From assembly GCA_027859235.1 (NCBI GenBank), contig JAQIBE010000263.1, forward strand, positions 3,568-67,567: a DNA stretch of 64,000 nt, read 5' to 3'. This document shows, one piece after another, positions 56,683 through 64,000 of this stretch. Positions within the stretch are counted from its first letter, which is position 1; every line of letters starts with the position of its first letter. Both the position numbers and the translations under genes were made by a program. This DNA comes from Desulfobulbaceae bacterium (GTDB taxonomy: Bacteria; Desulfobacterota; Desulfobulbia; Desulfobulbales; SURF-16). The notes under the pieces were generated by a model. It had not been told where the DNA came from. It saw only the letters and a program-made list of their open reading frames with translations, and searched no databases.

Positions 56683-57286
56683 TAAGTACAAAATGTCCTT
56701 CACTTCCGGAGGCCTGTTTTTTAATGAATCACTGCAGGTTGCTGAATTATTTAATGAAATTGGTGATTGGCAGAAAACCCGTGATCACGTTTTATTAGAT
56801 AATTTTCTGCAGGCTCGAACAGAGAGCAGTGCCAAACGCAGAGCCCGAGAAATATGTTTTCGCTTAGAGTTGTTAACAGACGCCCAACTACAATTGCTCA
56901 TTTCAGGTTCACGACATGAACAGCAATACCTTCTCTGGGTGGCGGTCTGTAAACGCTACTCTTTTGTCCATGAATTTATGATGGAGGTTGTACGGGAAAA
57001 ATACCTGCGTATGGATCTCCATCTTCACTACCAGGATTACGAGATCTTTTTTGCCGACAAGGCCGAGTGGCATGAAGAACTGGAACACCTCCGGGACTCA
57101 ACACGGGCAAAACTTAGACAGGTTCTTTTTAAAATCATGCGAGAGTCAGAAATTCTGTCACCTGACAATATGATCATCCCCGGCCTTCTTACTGAACAAT
57201 TAACTAAGGTGCTGACGGCAGACCACCCCGCCTTACTTGCACTGTTCCCTGTGTCTGACATGGATATCAACTCATGGTTAGCGTAA
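56657..57286 (+). CDS. brxA: BREX protein BrxA (DUF1819)
   Basis: 209 aa. Y.MSFTSGGLFFNESLQVAELF...DW..TRDHVLLDNFLQARTESSAKRRAREICFRL matches BrxA, and it sits before brxB and brxC. Confidence 0.85.
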   Translation: MELQKVTDSKYKMSFTSGGLFFNESLQVAELFNEIGDWQKTRDHVLLDNFLQARTESSAKRRAREICFRLELLTDAQLQLLISGSRHEQQYLLWVAVCKRYSFVHEFMMEVVREKYLRMDLHLHYQDYEIFFADKAEWHEELEHLRDSTRAKLRQVLFKIMRESEILSPDNMIIPGLLTEQLTKVLTADHPALLALFPVSDMDINSWLA

Positions 57287-57894
57287 ATTACGACATGAAC
57301 CAATTTTCAATTAATGACAGTTTCGATCATCTGCTTAAACTCATCAGCAGTGAGCGGTTTCTGAAGAAACAGGGGCTGGGCAATGAAGTCCCTTTTTTTA
57401 TATGCCCCTTTCCGCCTCAGAAGGCTGTGGACATGGAAAGGCTCCGTATTCAGTTACGAAATAAACTCGAACAACAGGGTATTCGTATTCTTGATATCAA
57501 TCTTTATGATCTGGCCGTTGATATCCTAAAAAAACGTAATATTTGGGATCGTATTCTTGAAACTGAAGGGTCTATAGACAAAGAGCATCTCAAAGAACTC
57601 CTGCAGGGCATTCTTGATTCACAAGCACACTTGATCCCTGCCATAGCAGAGGAAATGGCTAAAGCCGATTTTGATGTGATGTTTCTCTCCGGAGTTGGGG
57701 AAGTTTTTCCATACATTCGCTCCCACAATGTCCTGAACAACCTGCAAAGTACCGCCAAAGAAAGGCCTACTGTGATGTTCTTCCCTGGTGCTTATACCCA
57801 ATCTTTAGAAGGCGGCGCATCCCTGGATCTCTTTGACTGTTTACATGATGACAAGTATTACCGGGCATTCAACATTTTCCACTGCGAGATTTAA
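57274..57894 (+). CDS. brxB: BREX protein BrxB (DUF1788)
   Basis: 206 aa with FFICPFPPQ and LSGVGEVFPYIRSHNVLNNLQ, and the expected gene order. Confidence 0.85.
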   Translation: MVSVNYDMNQFSINDSFDHLLKLISSERFLKKQGLGNEVPFFICPFPPQKAVDMERLRIQLRNKLEQQGIRILDINLYDLAVDILKKRNIWDRILETEGSIDKEHLKELLQGILDSQAHLIPAIAEEMAKADFDVMFLSGVGEVFPYIRSHNVLNNLQSTAKERPTVMFFPGAYTQSLEGGASLDLFDCLHDDKYYRAFNIFHCEI

Positions 57895-57929
57895 CCGGGA
57901 CAAACTACGCCCACATAAAAGGAAAACCC

Positions 57930-60900
57930 ATGCTGCTAAGTGAAATATTCGAGAAACCGGTAGATCGGTCTATAGAAGGTGTTATCAAGGCTGATGATGA
58001 AGCCAGTCTGCGCCTGGAGGTAGAGGAATACGTTCTCACCAACGAGGTTGCGCAACGGCTGGAAAGTTTTCTTGACGCCTATAAAAACTATGACGGTGCA
58101 AACGGCGTCTGGGTGTCTGGTTTCTTTGGTTCCGGAAAATCGCATCTCCTGAAGATCCTCGCCCTGCTCCTTGAAAATCGCTCCATTGACGGCACACCCG
58201 TCCTCGACCTGTTTCTTCCTAAATGTGCGGATAATGAAATTCTGCGCGGTGACCTTAAACGGGCCGTAGAAATCCCCTCTAAATCCATCCTCTTTAATAT
58301 TGACCAGAAAGCTGACGTTATCAGCAAAACCCAGTCAGATGCCCTGCTCTCCGTCTTTGTGAAGGTCTTTGATGAAATGTGCGGCTACTACGGCAAGCAT
58401 GGCCATATTGCCCAATTTGAGCGGGATCTTGATGGCCGTGGCCTATATGGCAAATTCAAAGATGCCTATAAAAATATCGCCAAACAGGACTGGACAGCAG
58501 GCCGGGAACAGGCATTGCTCGAGGGTCATAATATAGCCAAAGCCTACTCCCAGGTCACAGACACGGATGAAGAGTCCGCAAAGGGTATCCTTGATAAATA
58601 CCGCAGCGACTACAAGCTCTCCATTGAAGACTTTGCCGAGCAGATTAATACCTATATCGAGCAGCAGGAGGCCAATTTCCGCTTAAACTTTTTTGTTGAT
58701 GAGGTCGGTCAATACGTCGCAGATAACACAAAACTCATGACAAACCTGCAGACCGTGGCAGAAAGTCTGGCCACCAAATGCAGAGGTCGGGCCTGGGTCA
58801 TCGTTACTGCCCAGGAGGTCTTGGATGATGTTGTCGGTGAAATGACCAAAAAACAGGCCAATGACTTTTCCAAGATCCAGGCCCGTTTTGCCAACCGTAT
58901 GAAGCTTACCAGCGCCAATGTAGATGAGGTCATCCAGAAGAGGCTTTTACTTAAAAACGAAAGTGGCGTGGCGACACTATCTGATGTCTACCATGAACAG
59001 GTAAACAATTTTAAAACCCTGTTTGATTTTGGAGACGGCTCCCAAAGCTATAAGAATTTCAAGGACCGGGACCATTTCATCCATGCCTATCCCTTCATCC
59101 CCTATCAGTTCACCCTGTTCCAGGCGGCCATCCAAAGCCTGTCACAACATAATGCCTTTGAGGGCAAGCATAGTTCCGTAGGCGAGCGCTCCATGCTTGG
59201 CGTGTTCCAGCATGTGGCAAAGCATATCGCTAACCACAGCATCAGGGAGCTGGCCACCTTTGACCTGATGTTTGAAGGAATCCGCACTGCCCTGAAGGCT
59301 CAGATCCAGAGGGCTGTTCTCAACTCAGAACAACACCTGGGCGATGAGTTTGCCGTCCGTGTCCTCAAGGCACTGTTTCTAGTGAAGTATGTCAAGTCGT
59401 TCAAGGCCACTGTTCGTAACATCAGCATCCTCATGCTGGACAATTTTGACCGCAACATCACTGATCTGCATAAACAGGTGGAAGCGGCCCTGAACCTCCT
59501 TGAACAGCAAACCTATATCCAGCGCAATGGTGAGTTGTATGAGTTCCTTACCAATGAAGAAAAGGATGTGGAGCAGGAGGTCAAAAATACGGACGTTGAA
59601 AACTCGGACGTTTCAGAAGAGCTGGTCAAACTCGTGTTTGATTACCCCTTAAAGTCAAGAAAGATCCGTTACGATGACAATGGCCAGGATTATGCTTTTG
59701 CCCGTAAACTCGATGACCGCTTATGCGGCAAAGACCATGAGCTCACCATCCATATCATCAGCCCGTTTCATGAGCAGGTCGATAATGAAACCACCCTTGC
59801 CATGCAGTCCATGGCCAAAGATGAACTGCTGGTTATCATGCCCGCCGATGATCGTTTCCTCCATGATCTGCTCCTCTATAAAAAGACCGACAAATATGTC
59901 CGTCTGAATATGACCCAGACCCAGCAGGAGGCGATTGGACGGATTCTTACCGAGAAGAGTTTTCAGAACCGTGAGCGCTACAAGGCTCTGCAGGATAGAG
60001 CCAAGGATCTGCTCGGCAAGGCAAAGCTCATTATCAACTTGAAACCCCTTGAGTTAAGCAGTACTGACCCACAGACCAGAATTACTCAGGGTTTTTATGA
60101 TCTGCTTCGCCGCACCTATCCCAACCTGAACATGCTGCGGGGGATCAAATACAGCGAGAATGATATAGCGACGTGCCTTAAACCGTCTGGGGCGACACTC
60201 TTCGGCGGTGATGAGAAAATGATGAGTGAGGCAGAGCACGAAATGTTCTCCTTTATCCAGGGCAATAGCCGCAATGGTGTGCGGACAACTCTGAAAAGCC
60301 TGGTGGAGCGCTTCGAGAAGAAGCCGTACGGCTGGTACTTTGCCGCCATCCTCTGTATCACGGCCAAACTCTGCGCCCGTGAAAAGATTGAGGTCAAATC
60401 CGATTCAAATCCTCTGGAAGATACGGCTTTAGAAAAGGCCCTGCGTAACAGTCAGGGCCATGGAAATATCATCCTTGATCCCCAGATTGATTTTACAACC
60501 TCCCAGGTCCGGCAATTAAAGGAGTTTTATGAAGACTTCTTTGATGCCCCCCCCAAAGCAAACGAGGCCAAACCCCTGGGCAAAGAGACTGGCGCAGCAT
60601 TCAAAGAACTTCTGCAGGCCTTGGAGCCAATGGCAGGCATGGTCTCACACTACCCGTTCTTGACAGTGCTGAAAGAACCCATCAGTCAGCTTCGAGAGCT
60701 TGTTGGCAAAGAGTATAGCTTCTACCTGACCGCCCTTGCCAAGCTTGAAGATAATCTCCTCGACATGAAGGACAATGTGCTGGAACCGGTGCGGCGCTTC
60801 ATGTCAGGCCAGCCCAAAGATATCTATGACGAGAGCAAGCGTTTTCTTGAAGAGCAGAATGCCAATTTCTCAGATCTTCAAGGTGATGAGGGCCAGCAGA

Positions 60901-61472
60901 TAAGTGATATCCTGGCAGACAAGGACTGCTTTAAGGGCAACAAGATGCAACAGCTCAAAGGCCTGGTTGACAAGCTGAAAGAGCAGATTGCCACCCTTAT
61001 CGAAGAGGAACGAGCAAAAGCCTTAGAGATGGTGCAAACCCTTGCGGATCGGCTTGTCGGCCTGGATGAATTTGCAAATCTTCAACAGGAAGAACAGCAA
61101 AGACTACAAGCGCCCTTCCACAAAATCCAACAGGAACTGCAACAACATAAACTGATTGCCGTTATTCGCGACAGGTTGCGGAGTTTTGAAGAAGGAGAGT
61201 ATTCACGACTACTGGCGGAAGTCGGTCGTTTAGCGCATGCTGCCAAGTCAAAGAACGACAATGGTAAAACAAAACCAGCAGCAACAGCTAAAAGCACCGG
61301 CGGCACGGGTGATACCAGTGAAAAAGAACCGGAATATGTCTTTGGCCGGTCGTTAAAGGTAGATTTCTCCAAACCGATGCTGGTGGATGAGAAAGATGTG
61401 GAACAATACCTCACTATGATGCGAGAAGCCTTACTTAAAGAAATCCATGCTGGCAAACGGATACAGGTATAG
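57930..61472 (+). CDS. brxC: BREX ATPase BrxC/PglY
   Basis: 1180 aa. The Walker A GFFGSGKSHLLKILALLL is at the typical position. Size and context are right. Confidence 0.9.
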   Translation: MLLSEIFEKPVDRSIEGVIKADDEASLRLEVEEYVLTNEVAQRLESFLDAYKNYDGANGVWVSGFFGSGKSHLLKILALLLENRSIDGTPVLDLFLPKCADNEILRGDLKRAVEIPSKSILFNIDQKADVISKTQSDALLSVFVKVFDEMCGYYGKHGHIAQFERDLDGRGLYGKFKDAYKNIAKQDWTAGREQALLEGHNIAKAYSQVTDTDEESAKGILDKYRSDYKLSIEDFAEQINTYIEQQEANFRLNFFVDEVGQYVADNTKLMTNLQTVAESLATKCRGRAWVIVTAQEVLDDVVGEMTKKQANDFSKIQARFANRMKLTSANVDEVIQKRLLLKNESGVATLSDVYHEQVNNFKTLFDFGDGSQSYKNFKDRDHFIHAYPFIPYQFTLFQAAIQSLSQHNAFEGKHSSVGERSMLGVFQHVAKHIANHSIRELATFDLMFEGIRTALKAQIQRAVLNSEQHLGDEFAVRVLKALFLVKYVKSFKATVRNISILMLDNFDRNITDLHKQVEAALNLLEQQTYIQRNGELYEFLTNEEKDVEQEVKNTDVENSDVSEELVKLVFDYPLKSRKIRYDDNGQDYAFARKLDDRLCGKDHELTIHIISPFHEQVDNETTLAMQSMAKDELLVIMPADDRFLHDLLLYKKTDKYVRLNMTQTQQEAIGRILTEKSFQNRERYKALQDRAKDLLGKAKLIINLKPLELSSTDPQTRITQGFYDLLRRTYPNLNMLRGIKYSENDIATCLKPSGATLFGGDEKMMSEAEHEMFSFIQGNSRNGVRTTLKSLVERFEKKPYGWYFAAILCITAKLCAREKIEVKSDSNPLEDTALEKALRNSQGHGNIILDPQIDFTTSQVRQLKEFYEDFFDAPPKANEAKPLGKETGAAFKELLQALEPMAGMVSHYPFLTVLKEPISQLRELVGKEYSFYLTALAKLEDNLLDMKDNVLEPVRRFMSGQPKDIYDESKRFLEEQNANFSDLQGDEGQQISDILADKDCFKGNKMQQLKGLVDKLKEQIATLIEEERAKALEMVQTLADRLVGLDEFANLQQEEQQRLQAPFHKIQQELQQHKLIAVIRDRLRSFEEGEYSRLLAEVGRLAHAAKSKNDNGKTKPAATAKSTGGTGDTSEKEPEYVFGRSLKVDFSKPMLVDEKDVEQYLTMMREALLKEIHAGKRIQV

Positions 61473-61633
61473 AGTAACGCATGTATTGAATTTTATACAC
61501 GCGTGCATTGGCTCGTGTACAAGCGACTTATACGCTTTGGCGCATAAATTTTGCGCCTTTTGCACCCGGCATATACATATTCAGCGGTTCAGGTGGATAC
61601 CGACAGCTGAAAAATACAAACTGGAAACGGTAT

Positions 61634-64000
61634 ATGGAAACATCCTCATTAAAAAAATTCGCCCAGACGGCACGGCAGCAGCTTATTGACCAGGTGGGTG
61701 CACGGCTCAAGCTTGTGCTGCAGATGGATAGTGCTGAGCTTCGTGAGAAGAAAGCGGTGGTCAAGCAGCTGCAGGAGCAGATTGCCGAGACTTCTAAGAA
61801 GGCGGTGATTGAGCGGGTGGCCTATATCTGGTTCAACCGGTTCTGTGCCCTGCGTTTCATGGATGTCAATCGTTATACCCGCATCGGTACGGTGAGCCCG
61901 GCTGAGGGCTTTTCCCAGCCTGAGATCCTGATGGATGCCAAGCAGGGCCATATTGATGATGGGCTGCAGGTGGACAGTAAGAAGATCCTGGATCTTCTGG
62001 GCGGTCAGGTCAAGGCCGCTGATCCCCAGCAGGAGGCCTACCGGTTGCTGCTGGTAGCGGTCTGCAACAGCTATCATCAGTTGATGCCCTTCATGTTTGA
62101 GCGCATTGCTGATTATACCGAACTGTTGATGCCGGAGGACCTGCTTTCGCAGAATTCCGTCCTCCAGGATGTGCGCGGGGCCTTGACCGAGGAGAGCTGC
62201 CAGGATGTTGAGGTGATCGGCTGGCTCTACCAGTTCTATATCTCCGAGAAGAAGGACCAGGTCTTTGCAGGGTTGAAGAACAACAAGAAGATCACCCCGG
62301 AAAATATCCCGGCCGCCACCCAGCTCTTTACCCCGCACTGGATCGTCCGTTACCTGGTGGAAAATTCTCTGGGCAGGTTATGGATGCTCAATCGGCCTGA
62401 CTCCAAGCTCGCCGGGCAGATGGACTATTACATCAGGCCGGAGAAACCGGAAACCGACTTCCTCAAGATCAACTCACCCGAAGAAATAAAAATCTGCGAC
62501 CCGGCCTGCGGCAGCGGCCACATGCTCACCTATGGTTTTGACCTGCTCTCAGCCATCTATGAGGAAGAGGGTTATGACGTCAAGGACATTCCCGGTCTGA
62601 TTCTGACTAAGAACCTGTACGGCATTGAAATTGACGAACGGGCCGGTGAACTGGCCGCCTTTGCCCTGACCATGAAGGCTAGGGAGAAGTACCGCCGTTT
62701 TTTCAGGAAACCCGTGCAGCCCAATATCTGTGTGCTGGAGAATGTCCGATTCGATGAGGGTGAGTTGAAGCCCTATATGGACGTGGTTGGCCGGGATCTG
62801 TTCACCGCCAACCTGCAGACCATGCTCCATCAGTTTCAAGAGGCGGATAATTTCGGTTCCCTGATTCGACCGGAGGTGACCGATGTGGCTCATGTCAGAC
62901 AAGTTATCGACGAGAAAGGGCTTGGTTCAAAACTTTTTTTGGCGCAGACGCACCCCAAGGTTTTAAGGGTGTTGGAGCAGGCTGAGTATCTTAGTCCCCA
63001 ATACCATGTGGTGATCGCCAATCCGCCCTATATGGGCGGTAAGGGGATGAATGGGCGGTTGGGGGTGTGGGCTAAAGACAACTACCCAGACAGCAAATCA
63101 GACCTCTTTGCCATGTTTATCGAACGCAATCTTGATTTGGCACTCCCAGCAGGTGCCGTGGCAATGATCACCATGCAGAGTTGGATGTTTTTGTCCTCCT
63201 TCGAAAAACTGCGCTCTCGACTTCTAGGGAAGAACACCATTCTTTCCATGGCCCATCTTGGCGCTCGTGCCTTTGACAGTATTGGAGGTGAGGTGGTTTC
63301 GACGACTGCTTTCGTGTTGGAAAATGCAAATCAGCCTGAATATAAAGGCAGCTTCCTGCGCCTTGTAGTTGGCAGCTCTGAAGCCTCGAAAAATGCATCC
63401 ATCCGAGAAGCAGTTAAGAATCCTGGCTGCGGTTGGTTCTTCCGCGCCTCTGCCACCGACTTCAAGAAAATCCCCGGAAGTCCGATTGCCTATTGGGTAA
63501 GTAAAAAAGAAATTGAAGGTTATTCTTCTAACGAACTGCTTGGTAACATTTCATCACCACGAAAAGGTTTGGATACTGGTGAAAACGATCAATTTCTTCG
63601 TCTATGGTATGAAATATCGTTGGTTACCGCGTGCCTAACTAATGAAGATCACACAATGAAATGGTTCCCTTATAACAAAGGCGGCGTATTTAGACGCTGG
63701 TATGGGAATCGTGAATATTTAATTAACTGGGAAGATAATGGTGCTGCGATTAAATCACGGTTAAGTTGGACTAGCAAGAAGCCAACTATACGAAATGCTA
63801 ACTATTATTTTCGAGAAGGGTTTACCTGGGGAACTATATCTTCCGGTGGGTTTTCTATTAGATACACTCCTGAAGGCACCCTTTTTGATAATGGAGGATG
63901 TACACTCTTTGCAAATAAATGGCTTTTGAAGATAGGAGCGTTTGCTAATAGTAAGATTATGGCAAGATATTTAAAATTTCTTGCACCGACATTAAATTTT
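61634..64000 (+). CDS. pglX: BREX adenine-specific DNA methyltransferase PglX (3' end outside the window)
   Basis: The frame is open from the ATG at 61634 to the window end, 789 codons. It shows RVAYIWFNRFCALRFMDVN, DPACGSGHML (the SAM motif) and VIANPPYMGGKGMN (NPPY). It is absent from the track because no stop is reached. Confidence 0.9.
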   Translation, partial: METSSLKKFAQTARQQLIDQVGARLKLVLQMDSAELREKKAVVKQLQEQIAETSKKAVIERVAYIWFNRFCALRFMDVNRYTRIGTVSPAEGFSQPEILMDAKQGHIDDGLQVDSKKILDLLGGQVKAADPQQEAYRLLLVAVCNSYHQLMPFMFERIADYTELLMPEDLLSQNSVLQDVRGALTEESCQDVEVIGWLYQFYISEKKDQVFAGLKNNKKITPENIPAATQLFTPHWIVRYLVENSLGRLWMLNRPDSKLAGQMDYYIRPEKPETDFLKINSPEEIKICDPACGSGHMLTYGFDLLSAIYEEEGYDVKDIPGLILTKNLYGIEIDERAGELAAFALTMKAREKYRRFFRKPVQPNICVLENVRFDEGELKPYMDVVGRDLFTANLQTMLHQFQEADNFGSLIRPEVTDVAHVRQVIDEKGLGSKLFLAQTHPKVLRVLEQAEYLSPQYHVVIANPPYMGGKGMNGRLGVWAKDNYPDSKSDLFAMFIERNLDLALPAGAVAMITMQSWMFLSSFEKLRSRLLGKNTILSMAHLGARAFDSIGGEVVSTTAFVLENANQPEYKGSFLRLVVGSSEASKNASIREAVKNPGCGWFFRASATDFKKIPGSPIAYWVSKKEIEGYSSNELLGNISSPRKGLDTGENDQFLRLWYEISLVTACLTNEDHTMKWFPYNKGGVFRRWYGNREYLINWEDNGAAIKSRLSWTSKKPTIRNANYYFREGFTWGTISSGGFSIRYTPEGTLFDNGGCTLFANKWLLKIGAFANSKIMARYLKFLAPTLNF

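Larger units (their letters stand above)
36071..64000. mobile_element. integrated genomic (defense) island, right end outside the window
   Basis: It has a tRNA-fragment boundary, an abrupt composition change (about 50% GC to blocks of about 30-40% GC plus one GC-rich block), replication- and recombinase-type genes, and several defense-type loci including BREX. Confidence 0.75.

Noticed and set aside
61528-62902. Minus-strand ORFs 61649..62338 (229 aa), 62549..62902 and 61528..61764.
   Set aside because: They are antisense to the clearly recognisable pglX frame (NPPY and SAM motifs), which the track omits only because it has no stop inside the window.
1-64000. Whether the window contains any CRISPR arrays, rRNA genes or IS elements with transposases.
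   Set aside because: Reading through the window I found no regularly spaced direct repeats, no rRNA-like sequence and no transposase motifs. The only mobility genes seen are the 211-aa tyrosine recombinase and the replication-like P-loop gene.

Overview
The window has two parts. Positions 1 to about 36,070 are chromosomal backbone at roughly 50% GC from an anaerobic bacterium. Gene content suggests Desulfobacterota, but that is inference only. This part carries cinA, glyQ, selC (tRNA-Sec), a giant PPDK-like protein, gap, glgA, aroC, aroK, a hybrid sensor kinase, cydAB with two small accessory ORFs, pilD, and the conserved block rpmH-rnpA-yidD-yidC-jag-mnmE-hpt. At 36,071-36,129 a 3' fragment of a tRNA-Ser(GCU) gene coincides with a sharp drop in GC. 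This marks the left edge of a compositionally patchy genomic island that runs past the end of the window, so it is at least 28 kb. In order, the island holds: a P-loop replication/helicase-like gene with an iteron- and AT-rich origin-like region; a minus-strand operon of DUF2958, papain/C39-like peptidase, Zn-ribbon protein and tandem AAA+ ATPase; a short tyrosine recombinase; a second, non-Sec tRNA with a UCA anticodon; a 2.1-kb adhesin-like ORF that is open only if TGA is a sense codon; a GC-rich 2,159-aa STAND-like NTPase; a HEPN-motif protein; and a type-1 BREX locus (HTH, brxA, brxB, brxC, pglX truncated by the window end). The most unusual signal is the pairing of the tRNA(UCA) with the recoded ORF. 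The tRNA has a glycine-type acceptor stem. The ORF has 20 in-frame TGA and no TAA or TAG. Both sit in a genome that otherwise uses TGA as a stop and, via selC, as Sec. All calls come from reading the sequence and translations by eye. No database search was run.
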